A stretch of 64,000 nt of DNA from Cladosporium halotolerans (GCF_011745625.1 NW_027191481.1:62001-126000); one strand, 5' to 3'. Positions 24,242-38,354 are shown, counted from the first letter of the stretch. Program-made: numbers and translations. Notes: a model not told the origin generated them from the letters alone.

Positions 24242-24524
24242 AGGGTCTTGTTCGGTGAGATATGATGGAATCAGGTGTCAATCTGTACGACAGATATTTG
24301 ATCAGAGACATCTCGCTTCTTGCCTCAGACAGGTTTTATTCATGAACTTTATCCAATCTTCGAATCACAGCACCCGCGGGGCCTACAGGGAACGAGGCCG
24401 TGTGGTAATTCAGATCGGGTGGGCAGCAGCTTGAGAATCGAAGAGAAAGACCGGACGATATGAAGAAAGACGAGCCCGCTTGCTGTGTATATATGATTGT
24501 GTATGCTTTCAGACACACGGGCAT

Positions 24525-26096
24525 CTAAATCTTACGCTTCAGCACCCACCCAACCTTAGCCGTCCTGGCGGCAACGAGCAGAGCTGAGCCGAGGAAGAAG
24601 CAACAGCCTCCCCATCTGAGAATATGCGTTAGCAACGACTTGCTTGATATAGGGTCGAGGAGCTCTCACATTTGAGCATACAAATAGCTTCCATTGCCTC
24701 TCTGAATTAATGCACCAGCCTAGACATGTCATCGTTAGCCTTCTTAGCTTCCTTGGTATCCTCATGGCCATCAAACAAGAGAACTCACCAAAGGCGGCCC
24801 AGTCAAACAAGCAAAACTAACAATACTAAACCCCATCCCCATCCTCACACCCGCCTTCTTCAAATCATCCGTCAAGCTCGACAACCCGGCGGGGAAAAGC
24901 GACTGCATACCAGCAGACCCACTCCCATAAATCGCCGCGAAGACAAACAGCGCCGCGCGCGACCCCACGCCCGTCCACGCGAACAGCATCGTGCCCGCCA
25001 GCAGCGTGAACGGCAGCAGCATGTTCAGCGACCCGACCTTGTCCGCGAAGTAGTTCGGCAGCAGCCGCCAGACGAACCCCACCGCCACCATCGTCAGCAG
25101 CAGGTTGATGCTGTCCGCGTACGACATGCGCAGGATCTCGCGCCCGAAGCTGCCCACGTAGAAGAAGGCGAAGTACAGGCCCCAGAAGTTGAAGAAGCTG
25201 GCCGCGCAGTAGAGCATGAAGGGCGCTTCGCGGAAGGAGCTCCATTCGACGAGGGGGCCGGTCTTGCGGGGCGGTAGGCGCGTGCGGTAGAGGGTTATGG
25301 TGAGGATGTTGGTTAGGAGCATGATGAAGCCGCACACGCGGATGCTCCAGCCGAAGCCGATGAGGGGGAGGAGTTGCTGGATGATGATGGGGAAGATGAC
25401 GCCGCCAGTGCAGGAGCCCATGGCGGCGACGCCGACGACGAGCGCGCGCTTGCGGACGAAGTACGTGCTGACCAGTGACATCGCCGGGCAGAAGTGTAGG
25501 CCGTTGGCGATGCCTAGACAGAGGCCTTGGGAGAGGAATAGTTGCCAGAAGTTGGTGGAGGCGGACATAGTGAAGACGCCGAGAAGTTGGAGAACGGAGC
25601 CCGAGATGTAGACGGGGCGGAAGAGGCCTGCGTCCAGCGCGCGGCCGCTGAAGGTGCCGAGGAAGAAGAGGAGGAAGATCTGGACGCTGCCGATCCAGGA
25701 GATGGTGGATGGAGTGAGACCGAGAGATGTGCGGTAGTATTCTTGGAAGACGCCATAGCTAGTGATCCAGCCCCAGGTGCTGAAGATGGTCAAGTGAGCC
25801 ATGGCTGCTTGCGTCCAGGCTCTGGCGCCTCCGTCGGGTGGAGGACCAGGATCCCATCGTGAAGAAGTGGCGGAGCGGCGTGAGAGTGTTCTCGCGAGCG
25901 ACTGGCCTCTTGGTTTTGGCTCAGATGAGATCTCCGTTTTAACGGTCTCGTCACGGCCCCGTGACACAGCTCGCTCCAGTTCATCGTCGTCTGGTATCGG
26001 CCATGCTGCTAGACGCTCCGGATCCTCGATCGATGGAGCCCTGTGGGAGTCGTCTTTTTCGTGCTCCTTGTAGGAGTGTTGTTGGGTTGAAGCCAT
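24525..26096 (-). CDS. MFS transporter, MCH4/MCH5-like monocarboxylate permease homologue (two 3' introns, including 24720-24788)
   Basis: 'PPPDGGARAW', 'SYGVFQEYY', 'ISWIGSVQ', 'GRALDAG', 'GVRMGMGF'. Spliced 3' end reads 'GPPLAGALIQRGNGSYLYAQIWGG...KRKI*' with TAG at 24525-24527. Confidence 0.9.
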
Positions 26097-27308
26097 CGTT
26101 GAATTGTGTGACAATAGATGCGATTCATCGAACAGAGGACGAGCACGGTATCCAAGAGGCTGAAATCAGTCACAGGCAAGATGGAAGCAAAGGCCGACTC
26201 CTCACAAACAGCGACATCGGGTCACGCCCTATAAGCACCGACGACGGGAAGAGACACCGTCAGACAGCCACTGCAGATACCAGGTATAGTTCTGTAAGAG
26301 ATTCCACAGAACAAACCATCAGCAGGGCCGAATCAACGAAACCCGCTCCACAAAAAAGTGCAGTAGTCGACCTCGGACGATTGCGTGCGCGGGGAATGGC
26401 TCGTTGGAAAAGCTGGGGGAAAGAGAGGCCGCTTGATGGTTGAAGGCTTTCCCGCCCTCGTCTGCTTGCAGATCTCTGTACGTACAGAGAAGCCAAAGGC
26501 GGCTCGCCGGCACGCGTTGGCGTTAGGGTTTGGAGGATCAAGCATTTGCGGCGTCTGTGGAGAGGGCTTGCCATTCGTGGAGGAATGCGGCGGACTGTGG
26601 TCTTTGCTGGGCGGGCTGGTATTGATTGGACATATTAATCATCGCCAGGGCGTGACTTGCGGTGTTTTGTTCTGTCACGACCGCATTCTGAGGATTGAGG
26701 ATGATGCCGCTGCCGGGATACGAGGAGGCGAGGTATTGCTTTGACCATGGCTTGTACATGAGCCACAGAGCCTCAAACCTCGGGGATAAATATGGTGATT
26801 GATATGAAGAAAGACAGCTGGGCAGCTGGTCAATTCTGGCGCTCAGCAATATCACGCGTCGCAGTCGGTTCATCCTCAGGCCTCAGATCACCGCCTGCTC
26901 TTGTCCCATTGGCTCGAATCCGCGCGACGCTGATGTTTGTGTCAGTCTTGGCGTTGATCAACGATGCATTGAGACGCGTTGAAGTTGGCGTTATTGGAAG
27001 CTCGAAGAACGGTAATAGAGAGCAGTTTGGGGCAGGCAGCAATGAGAGATCTTAGAGGAATTGCCTGGTAATTTTGCATTATATTGCACCATGCTCTTGA
27101 GAGCTACTCCTTTAGCAAGGCCTGTCACTCAATCGATCAAGATGCAGGGAACTATATCTGATATGCGCTAGGCTCTCACGGCCGAATGCTCCGCACTGGA
27201 AGATGATACGAAGGACCAGAGAAAAAAAAAGTATCGAGATAAGAAAAGAACATAACCCATACTCGTCAAAGGCGCAGAGAACCCGCGCCTCCCAGCGACC
27301 AAAATCAA

Positions 27309-29313
27309 TCAAGGCGTCGTCATGCCCGTCAGCTTCTTGACAGCCAGCTGCGGCTTCAAGCTGACGACGTACGTCAGGCGGTCGGTGAACAGGTGGCTGA
27401 TCTCGGCGTGCATGGCGGGGATGGCGCCGAAGACGAAGCCGCCGATGGGGAACAGCGCGGCCTCGAAGATGCCCGCAACCTGAAAGACCTTGGTGCTGAA
27501 GCCGTCGTGGTCCGCCATGTCCTCGAGCAGGCCCGCGCGGCGCATCTCCTCCTGGCGCAGGCCGAGGCACAGGTGGTGGTAGTGCGCGTAGAGGTAGAAG
27601 TAGCACATCATGAGGCAGAAGCCGGCCAGGCGACACCAACCGGAGAAGTCGAGGGCCCAGTGCAGGACGCTGGGGACCAGGTGGGAGGGGTGGCAGAAAT
27701 CGTAGATGCTCGAGACTGTGAGGATGACGGCGAGGTGAGAGGGGAGGAAGTGCGCTTCGAACAGGCGGTGGTAGAGGGTGAGCAGGTTGGTTTTGTTGAT
27801 GGTTTTGGGCGGGGCGCGCTCGGTTTCGGCGAGCCGGGGGATGAGGGACTTGTGCAGCCCTGTGGAGGAGTAGAACGCTGACCAGTTCGCGCTACAGTAC
27901 GTTAGTGCGAGGGCTCCCGACCGCCGGATGAGATTGAAGACTGACTTCGAGGCGCTCAGAGGCAGCTCTGCCGGTGGCGTGTTGGCTAGTCGGTGGCGAC
28001 TGGCCATCTTCACAGATTCTCTGATCGCATAGCCGGTGTCGAGTGACCCCCACATGTGTCGCAGGGCTTGCCTGTAGCGTGCTCTCAAGCCGTCGAAATA
28101 GCCTTTGAGGCCTTTGACGTCGCTGCTGACGTTGCACTGGCTGGCTGCGGAATACACTATTTGAACTTTGAGGTTACCAGCAAGAGAAAAGAAGCACTTG
28201 AGGTACATGTGCATGTCTTCGCCAATGGCGCCGGGGCCGGTGTCCCAACCGCCAACGTGCTCCACCAATGTCATGGGCAACGAATAAACGGAAGTCGGGA
28301 TGCAAACCCTGGAGCCTTGGTAAAGACTGGACAATCCGGCGCCAGCCCACATCATATCTGCTGTGCGGACAGAGATGGGCACGCGATGCAAGTTGCGATC
28401 GAAAACGAGAGGCGGAACGTAGATGGTCGATTCGTTCGTCTCGGCGTACTCCGTGTGCATGCGAGCGATTTGTTGGAAATAACGAGACGAGAGATGTGTG
28501 TCCGCTGCCTGAGGTCAGCAAATGATCGATTCGGTGATCCACGAGTTGACCAACCGTCCATGGTCGTCATGATGATATTCGCTTTTTGAGCAGCATCTGG
28601 GTAATCTTTGCTGGCCTGTTTACCTGCCCAGCTTTCGTTACTGCTCTTGCCCTGGGCTTCGCCCGGGATGTTCGCTGGGTGCATCGTGTAGCTCATCTTG
28701 TAGAAAGATTGCTTGAATGTCCCAATGAGATTCTGGGCCTTGAAGTCGGCCTTGTCTTCCTTCTCCTCCATTGCAAGGTAGATCTGCACGAAATCAGCCT
28801 CGCGGCTCGGTAGTGCCATGGACTGCTCGATGTAGAGGATCGTTCTTCAACCCACCATCCATGCAAGGGCATATGACCTACGTGGTAGCAGTGCCGCGCC
28901 TGCGAATGCGAAGCCAGAACCCGCAACGTCATCTCCAGTGTTTCCACCTCTTCCTTGTAGGCCGGGATTATAATGACGAACAATGGAACGGGGAAGGTGA
29001 AGTCGCCTTCGTCGTTCTTAATGCTGGCGACCCTCTGTCGCCTGGTGCTCGGCATGGCCGCATTGGCGTCTCTCATCCGGCGGATCATATCGATCATCGA
29101 CCAACAAACGCGAAGCGGGAATGCAATAGACATTATGTGCAGCAGAACGGTGTACCAGCTGAGGACCAGCTGCGCCCACGTCGTCTCTCCATTGTGCTTG
29201 CCCTCCTCTTCCCTTCCGTACGGCTGAACGACCAATGCCAGGACGAGTAGGACGGCGACGGCGCAGATGCTAAAGGCGGGAATGCATCGGGTTGCCCAGA
29301 CGTAGGAGCTCAT
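27309..29313 (-). CDS. Membrane glycosyltransferase, family 2-like (introns 28784-28881, 28505-28554, probably 27892-27945)
   Basis: N-terminal TM helices, 'IIIPAYKE', 'GKSSN', spliced DxD 'MDADT', 'GGWD...IGEDMHM', QxxRH-W 'QALRHMWG', C-terminal TM helices. Confidence 0.85.
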
Positions 29314-31277
29314 GGCGAGCGCGGGGCGGCGGCGACGGGCGCGAAAGAGTGTGGGCGGCTGTGTGTTACATCCAGAAAGGAGCGAGGGAAAAGACAATGG
29401 GAAGGGAGGGCATCACAACAATAGATACCTTACCGGGGCGCCGCGCAGGCAAGGGAGCAAAAACGCTTTAAGGTCCGAATTAACGTTAGGTCTGGCATGC
29501 AAGGGTTGTGGGGTAGCGGCGTGGACGGGCGCTGGGACATGATTTGCCTGTCGTTCAACACACCCACTTCGCTTCAACGACCATCACATGGACCGGTGCA
29601 GGCATACACGGCGCAGTCTTCATGCAGTAGCCGTTCGCTCGTGGCGTATCGGTCGCCTCCACCTGAGAAGAGACACCATGGCATTACCAGGCTTGGATAT
29701 CAGCGCGAGCGCGCAGACATCCTCCTACCATAGACCGCTCGAAGAGTAGTCGTCCCTGAGGCTCTCAACCCAACACTCAACAGAGTTCGCTCCTTGAAAT
29801 GACACGCAGCGGTGAGGATCGGGAAAGGAAGGCCTCTCGTCGGACCATCAGGCCACGCGCGGTTTGCCGTGTCCAAGATGTCCAGCTCAGTTACCGCATC
29901 GCTGTTTCACGGGCGCCCGAAAGAGGATGGTAAGGAGGCGCGCACCAGAACGTGGAGAGGCGTGCACGCCAATTCGCTGAAATGCTTATAACGATTGTCG
30001 CGCGTACGAGTGCTGATTGACACACGTCTTGCCGTATGTTAAAGGCGCTGCGCCATCAGCGAAGGCCAGGGACCTCAGAGCCAATGACTTCGCCCCGTGT
30101 GCTTCACCAGCGCCGACAGGCTGTAGCCAAGAAGGACCGACAGCATGTAGCATGTAGCACTGATTGACGGCAGACATGGACTGGCAGAGGCTTGCGTCGT
30201 GTAACGAAGACCTGTGAGAGCCTCAGGGCGTGGGCTGTGAGACCCTGATAGAAATTGGTGCTGTCGCAGGTGTTGGCATCCCAAGCTTGGTCGAGGGGCG
30301 GGTGAGAGAATGTCGACGAGACTCTTGCAACAGACGAGTGTATGTCTTGCGAGCAGGATGCAGTTACAAACACGTGCGAAATCTACCTCATGAGAGTGCG
30401 TCGCTTCAGCGGGCGCTAAGCCTGCAGCTGACCTTGACGAGAAGCGATTCGACGAGGAGCGGTTGAACGCTCTTCTGCCTGGAAGCTTGCGAGCGCTATC
30501 AAGACGAGAGAAGGTCAACCTTCGTCGCCGTCCGAACACATACCAGATGACAACTCGACACGGAGCTGCCGTGTACCTTGCGCGCATCCACGAAGTATGG
30601 AAGCAGTGGCGCATCGATTCCTCAGCGCAACCCGAGATACATGCATTGTACACCTCTCCGACTACGACGGTGACAGAACAGGGCCACAGCGCGCCGTCCT
30701 TGGTGAGCCTCGAATAGCCTAGAGTGAAGTCAAGCCTGCAGGCGGCACTACCTCTATGGACGTTGCTGTAGGCCAGTTGGATGTCAGTCGAGGTATCCTC
30801 GTATCCTCCGTAGGCCACACCACAGGAAGGGCCTTATCAGATGCCGACCGAGCCCAATGCGTCCATGACGGGTGCTGGCGTGGCGTGGTTGAGTTGTACC
30901 GCGGCTGCAGGAGACGCCACCCGGCCACTGCAACCGCCTGTGCCTGAGGCGAGGGCCGTATCTGGTCCAGCCGCCCTCCCAGGACTGCAGTAGGTACTCC
31001 TGGTGGCCAGCCGCGCCAGCGTCGCATCATGTGACGAACCAACAAGGTCACGCGATAACGGGACGGATGATTGTGGCTAGTGGTGGACGGTAGCGCTCGA
31101 TTGCGCGGAGAATGCGGGCTTTGGTCTTGGGATGACGTGGGTGATGCGCCCGAGCGCGCGCCCCGTTGCCAGGCACCAGCTGCGGCGTCTGGGCGCGAGC
31201 TCTGTCGCTCTCATCCTCTCGCACCACCTCGGCCTCATCCATCACTCCAACACCATCACATCCCCATCACTGCAATC

Positions 31278-32549
<1,272 letters not shown>

Positions 32550-33446
32550 ACGAGTTTGAGCAACGCATATCAGATTGTGACGGGTTACGAGAGGCCGTAC
32601 TGGGCATTTGCTGGCTCATGCCCTAGGCCAGACGGACTGTAACTAAGTAACGGCTTCTAGAAGCAGCCAACTTCGCTAGTGATCATGTGTAGCATGCAGA
32701 TCAATTGATAACCTTATTACATCTCCGTACGAGTGAGCGTCCTCTTGAGTACCAGTGCAAATGCCATTAATCAGACGAATTCCCTGTCTCTTTTCGTACG
32801 ATACACACAAGCACGTGTCGCTGCAGCGTGGTTGAGCTGCTGAGGCTGCCATCAACGTCGGCATGTGATTCAGCGCGGCCCGACCGCGGGCGTCGGGTTG
32901 ATGCATGACCTTGTAGCGAAGTCAACCAACCGAGCCAACCTAACCCAACCCTGCCTGCACGCAACGCGCGACCAAATCACGTTCGGTGCATACCTCGACG
33001 TGACTTTTTGTCGCCGGTCAGGCTGCCGCTACGCAACTCCTCTTGACCACTGCCACTTGCCTCGCGTGCTCTTTGTCTCGTGCATCCGCCGTCGCCGAGT
33101 CCTTTCGGCGAACACAGCTAACCAGTCCCCGAGCCTCCAGGTCAGGTCAGGCACTCCATCGCCCAGTTATCCACCGCCAGCACACCGGAGCCCCGGGCGC
33201 TCTGCTGCCTAGCTGCCTAGGACGCTACCTAGATCGCCGGCACCATGTCCGCGAGGTAGGAGAAAAGATCACATCATCGAACCGCGGACAATCACTTCAA
33301 CGCAATTGTCACAAATCCCCAGAAGCGAGCCAGCAAGCAAGCGGCCCTGCGCCGTTCCCGAACCGCTACACGGATTCCCCCCATCACACACTCACTTGAT
33401 TACTTGCTACCCATACTCTGCCGTTGCCACGCGGCCCTAGCCAGTC

Positions 33447-36400
33447 ATGGCTTCTTCCCAGTCACCCGGCGCCGCCTCGCCGGCCCTGCGCGCCCAGATG
33501 CAAGAGCGCAGGCGGGTGAACTTGCAGCAGTACAGCGTATCGCCTGGGAAAATGAGATCAAGCGTTCCGCTACCGGCGCGCTTTGAAGACGGCACGGACG
33601 AGGAGGATGAGGAAGAGCAAGGCGAAGCGGCCGACAAGGCTGTGTTCCAGAAGAGCATCTTGGGCGTCTTCTCGCAGGCGGGCACCAAGGCGAAGCTCGA
33701 GGAGGCTACGGAGAGTGACTCTGATGTCGAGCAGGAGGACTACAAGCAGCAGCAGGGCGACGATGCTGCGCAGGATGTTGGAGCAGTGCCCTCGAGGAAA
33801 TTCTCGGACAACAAGATCCTCCGCCCGCTGCTGAAGCCTCGCCGCAAGCGCGCTGAGTCCGAGTCGCAGGACGCCATGTCGCAGTCACAATTTCTCCCTC
33901 CGCGGGAGACGGCACAGGATGTACCAGAGCGGCCTGCGAGCGCAGGAGGAGAACGCGCGCGCGATGATACGCCGCTGATCGAGCGCAAGCTACAGGCACA
34001 GGCCGATGCGGAAATGGAGACTTCGACGGGATCGATTCGCCGGAAGAGCAAAGACGAGTCGCAGCCGGTAGAGAAGGGAGCGAGGCTCGTGAAAGCCGTC
34101 GCGGATATCTTTGACCTCCCGGAGCCCGAGGAGGTTCTGGCCGTCTGGTCGTGCTGGTACTTGGAGAAAGCGCTCTTGCAGGGCCACCTGTACGTGACGT
34201 CGAAGCACCTCTGCTACTACGCCTACCTTCGCAGGAGAGGCGTTGTGCTGAAGTCTGGATATATGGCGAAGCAGGGTAAGCGTGATCCTCGCTATTCTAG
34301 ATTCTGGTTCCAGTTGAAGGGTGACGTTCTGTCTTACTACAAGGACGCCTCGCATCTCTACTTTCCTCATGGAAGCATCGATCTTCGCTTTGCTATCACT
34401 GCAACTCTCGCACCAGAGAAGGGCAAAACCAACAAGGATACGCCTTACTTCACTGTCACGACCGAAACTCGTACATACTACTTCAAGGCGGACAGTTCGA
34501 CGAACGCGAAGGAGTGGGTCAAGCAATTGCAAAGGGTCATCTTCCGCAGCCATAACGACGGAGACAGCGTCAAGATCTCTCTCCCGATCAGGAACATCAT
34601 CAATGTCGAGGCAGCCCCTTTCGTCGACGGGGCCGATACCGTCAAGGTCTCCACTATCGACGGCGCGGACGCTTTTGCCATCGAGGAATACTTTTTCACG
34701 TTCCATGACCACGGCGAGGACGCTCTGCGTTTGCTGAGTGTGCTGACGGAAGACAATGAAGTGAAGCAGGGTGTTGAGGATGGCGTTCAAGATGTCGCCG
34801 AGCCTGCAAGCAGACAATCTGGCTCCGGTAAGAGGAGTACGCCGGCCAATCAGTCGCGGTCCCCTCGCTTGTCAACTTCACCGGCGCCTTGTGTGGAGGA
34901 GAACGTGCGGAAGACGCTCTCACCGCTGTCTGTGCCTGCATCGAGAAGTCCAAGGAGCAGTGGGGAGTTTGGACGCGCGAGTTTGGAGACGTCTCGCCCT
35001 AGCATTGACCGACCTATTTTGGACGATGATCGCGGCCGGGACGCTCGCCCTCGAGCGGATACAGGTGATTTCTCTCAGGTTCCGACCTCCCCTTCGACAC
35101 ATCAGTCAACGGATTCGTTCGCTACTACGATCGAGCATCCGATGAGTTCGCCCTCGGTCGGGCCCGCAGATAGCGACATGTCCGCCAGCCAAATGCTGAC
35201 GGGAGACAACGCTTTCCGTGCGCCGACTCTCAGAATGCCGGCACCCAGACGTACTGAGTCTGAGTCTTCCGCTGAGCGTATCAGAGAAGAGCTGGATGAA
35301 GCATCTCGATCGAACAGTGTTGGCAGCGGCCGCATCCGCGTACAACCGCCGACCCGTACACACACCGATCAAACTCTCGGCGATGGCGAAAGCCCTCACA
35401 GCCGTAAGAGCAACGACACTGTAGCCCGTCGCGAGAAATCAGACGGCTCAAAACCACACGAATCGACCAGCACCATCGCCCCTCGCCCTTCGCGCCCCAT
35501 AGCGACGCCCCTGCTCTCGGCGACCAAAATGGCCAGCTACGTGCGCGACCAAAGCAAACGCGTCGTCAACACCCTCAGCAGCAGCCCAGGCATCTACTAC
35601 GAGAAGGTCTCTGGCGCTCTCGCCGGCGGACGGCGCTCCTACGTCACCTCCGAAGGCCTCCCGCCCGAGGACGCCCTGCAAGAGGAAGAGATCGAGGAGA
35701 AGACGCGCAGCTTCCGCAAGCACTTCTCCCTGCCCGAGTCCGAGCAGCTGGTGTCTTCGCACGGCTGCGCGCTGTACCGCGTCCTCCCGCTGCTGGGAAA
35801 GATATACCTAGGCACGAGCTACTTCTGCTATCGTAGTCTTATCGCAGGCATCAGCTCCAAGATGGTGATTCCGCTGAGGGATATTCTGAACGTGGGCAAG
35901 ATGAACGGTTACCGGCTCGGAGCGTACGCTATGGTCTTGGTGATCAAGGGGCACGAGGAGCTCTTTTTCGAATTCTCGAAGGCGGACGACCGCGACTTCT
36001 GCGTTGTCGATGTTCTGAGAGCGCTGCAAGCGGTCGGAGATGTTGACGATGCGGCTTTTCTGACCGAGCAGGAGGCGATGGATGCGGAGGTTGCTGCTGC
36101 TGAGAACGAGCTCTTGCAGCAGGCGCGCAATGAGGGGGATCTTGCCTCACGCGCCGAGCTGAAGGATGTTTCTGATGACGGCCCGCCGATCCTGTTCGAC
36201 GACGGCAATGCGTCCATGCTGGATTTCAAGCCGAAGGAGCCGATGCGTGTCACTTGTCTGACGATAGGGTCGCGCGGCGACGTCCAGCCGTACATCGCTC
36301 TCTGCAAGGGCCTCATTGCTGATGGACATCATCCTAAGATTGCCACGCACGCTGAGTTCGAGCCGTGGATCCGCAAGCATGGGATCGACTTTGCGCCTGT

Positions 36401-37811
36401 TGGAGGAAACCCTGCGGAGCTCATGGCTTTGTGCGTCGAGTACGGCATGTTCACTCCCAAGTTTATCTCGGAGACGAATTCGAAGTTCCGCGGCTGGCTC
36501 GACGATCTTCTTGTCAGCGCATGGGAGGCGTGCCAAGGCAGTGAGGTGCTCATTGAGAGCCCGTCTGCCATGGCCGGCATTCATATCGCTGAGGCGCTTG
36601 GTATCCCGTACTTCCGCGCATTTACAATGCCATGGACCAAGACAAGAGCATACCCGCACGCTTTCGCGCCGCTTGCATCGAAGTTCGGAGGAAACTACAA
36701 CATCGGCACCTACACGGTCTTCAACAACGTCTTCTGGCAGTTGACGGCCCGGCAGATTAACAGCTGGCGGCGCAGGACCCTCGGCATCCGCAACACGAGC
36801 ATCGGCGCAATGCGGCAGAACGAAGTGCCCTTCCTATACAACTTCTCGCCCAACGTCGTCGCCCCGCCCCTCGACTTCAGCGCCTGGGTCCACATCACGG
36901 GCTACTGGTTCCTCGACGAAGCGCAAGACTGGACCCCGCCCGCCGACCTCCTCACCTTCATCGCCAAGGCCCGCGCCGACAACATGAAGCTCGTGTACAT
37001 CGGCTTCGGCTCCGTCGTCGTCTCCGACTCCAAGGCCATGACCCAGCACATCGTCGACGCCGTCCTCAAAGCCGACGTCCGCTGCATCCTCTCCAAAGGC
37101 TGGTCCGACCGCCTCGACCCCACCACCCCGCAAACCGCCCCCGAAATCCCCCTCCCGCCCTCCATCTTCCAGATCTCCTCCGCCCCTCACGACTGGCTCT
37201 TCGCCCAGCTCGACGCCGCCGTCCACCACGGCGGCGCCGGCACCACCGGCGCCTCCCTCCGCGCCGGCATCCCAACCATCATCCGCCCTTTCTTCGGCGA
37301 CCAGTTCTTCTTCGCCTCCCGCGTCGAGGACATCGGCGTCGGCCTCCGCCTGCGCCACCTGACGCCCAACGCCCTCGGCAAGGCGCTCTGGATCGCGACG
37401 CACGACGCGCGCGTCCGCGACAAGGCCGCGCTGCTGGGCGCGCGCATCCGCGCCGAGAACGGTGTTCAAACTGCGCTCAGCGCTCTCTACCGCGATCTGG
37501 AGTACGCGCGCCGCCTTGTTAAGCGCAAGGTGGGCAAGCGGCTGCGGGCGCCGGGAGAGAAGGGCGTTGAGTGGGAGGATAATGAGGAGGGGGAGGGGGC
37601 TGGGTTCGGGTTTGATGGCGAGGATGGTGGGGAGGAGGAGGAGGAGTGGACTTTTGTCGACGAGGAGGAGGAGAGGAACGGTGGCGGGGACGGGGCGACG
37701 GGCGTGGGGATCGGGGATCCGATGGGGTGGGAGGCTAGGGCGGCGCAGAGGAGGTTTTTGGGCGCTTTTGGAGGAAGGGTTGCGAGGGTGGGGAGTCGTG
37801 GGGAGATGTGA
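33447..37811 (+). CDS. ATG26: Sterol 3-beta-glucosyltransferase (GRAM-PH-GRAM-UDPGT), 1454 aa, apparently intronless
   Basis: PH domain ('KSGYMAKQGK..RFWFQLKGDVLSYY'), GRAM domains, 'CLTIGSRGDVQPYIAL', 'HHGGAGTTGASLRAGIPTIIRPFFGDQFF'. Confidence 0.95.
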   Translation: MASSQSPGAASPALRAQMQERRRVNLQQYSVSPGKMRSSVPLPARFEDGTDEEDEEEQGEAADKAVFQKSILGVFSQAGTKAKLEEATESDSDVEQEDYKQQQGDDAAQDVGAVPSRKFSDNKILRPLLKPRRKRAESESQDAMSQSQFLPPRETAQDVPERPASAGGERARDDTPLIERKLQAQADAEMETSTGSIRRKSKDESQPVEKGARLVKAVADIFDLPEPEEVLAVWSCWYLEKALLQGHLYVTSKHLCYYAYLRRRGVVLKSGYMAKQGKRDPRYSRFWFQLKGDVLSYYKDASHLYFPHGSIDLRFAITATLAPEKGKTNKDTPYFTVTTETRTYYFKADSSTNAKEWVKQLQRVIFRSHNDGDSVKISLPIRNIINVEAAPFVDGADTVKVSTIDGADAFAIEEYFFTFHDHGEDALRLLSVLTEDNEVKQGVEDGVQDVAEPASRQSGSGKRSTPANQSRSPRLSTSPAPCVEENVRKTLSPLSVPASRSPRSSGEFGRASLETSRPSIDRPILDDDRGRDARPRADTGDFSQVPTSPSTHQSTDSFATTIEHPMSSPSVGPADSDMSASQMLTGDNAFRAPTLRMPAPRRTESESSAERIREELDEASRSNSVGSGRIRVQPPTRTHTDQTLGDGESPHSRKSNDTVARREKSDGSKPHESTSTIAPRPSRPIATPLLSATKMASYVRDQSKRVVNTLSSSPGIYYEKVSGALAGGRRSYVTSEGLPPEDALQEEEIEEKTRSFRKHFSLPESEQLVSSHGCALYRVLPLLGKIYLGTSYFCYRSLIAGISSKMVIPLRDILNVGKMNGYRLGAYAMVLVIKGHEELFFEFSKADDRDFCVVDVLRALQAVGDVDDAAFLTEQEAMDAEVAAAENELLQQARNEGDLASRAELKDVSDDGPPILFDDGNASMLDFKPKEPMRVTCLTIGSRGDVQPYIALCKGLIADGHHPKIATHAEFEPWIRKHGIDFAPVGGNPAELMALCVEYGMFTPKFISETNSKFRGWLDDLLVSAWEACQGSEVLIESPSAMAGIHIAEALGIPYFRAFTMPWTKTRAYPHAFAPLASKFGGNYNIGTYTVFNNVFWQLTARQINSWRRRTLGIRNTSIGAMRQNEVPFLYNFSPNVVAPPLDFSAWVHITGYWFLDEAQDWTPPADLLTFIAKARADNMKLVYIGFGSVVVSDSKAMTQHIVDAVLKADVRCILSKGWSDRLDPTTPQTAPEIPLPPSIFQISSAPHDWLFAQLDAAVHHGGAGTTGASLRAGIPTIIRPFFGDQFFFASRVEDIGVGLRLRHLTPNALGKALWIATHDARVRDKAALLGARIRAENGVQTALSALYRDLEYARRLVKRKVGKRLRAPGEKGVEWEDNEEGEGAGFGFDGEDGGEEEEEWTFVDEEEERNGGGDGATGVGIGDPMGWEARAAQRRFLGAFGGRVARVGSRGEM

Positions 37812-38240
37812 GGTGTGGATGTTTGGAGTGGATTCGGCGGCGTGCTTTGGATTCTTTTTTTTTTCTTTTGTTTTTCTCTTTTGGTTCGGTTTCGGTTTGA
37901 GTTCGGCTCGGCTCTTTCTTTACATTGCGAGCAGTGACGGCGATGGCTCTCAGCGTGGCGTTGGGAGGCTTGGGTACGGACGGTATCACGACATGGGCAC
38001 CGGCGTCAGAGCATCTTCTGGATTTTTTTTTTTTTCTCTTCTTTTCTTTTCCGACTGGGATACAAAGGGCTGCGCGAACGACCTCATCATCAAAGACACG
38101 AAATGAACGGGTATACTCATGGAGAGAGGGAGTGACGTGGGAATGGGCCCGGTTTTTGGATAATGGTGGCATGACTGTAATGAAATTTGAACTCGTATCA
38201 AGAAGAGTCTCGGTTTTCGTGCTTGACTACGTGTGAGGTG

Positions 38241-38354
38241 TGGAGAATGGTGTCTCAGGTGATGAGTGTGAGCTTGAGTAATCGAGGGACAATCACATGG
38301 AGAATGGTGTCTCAGGTGATGAGTGTGAGCTTGAGTAAACGAGGGACAATCACA
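38241..38354. repeat. Tandem duplication, 2 x 57 bp, one mismatch
   Basis: TGGAGAATGGTGTCTCAGGTGATGAGTGTGAGCTTGAGTAA[T/A]CGAGGGACAATCACA at 38241-38297 and 38298-38354. Confidence 0.95.

Noticed and set aside
30075..30818. 247-aa - strand ORF in the GT2-PEP4 intergenic region
   Set aside because: No coding-like codon bias or motifs; consistent with chance in GC-rich DNA.
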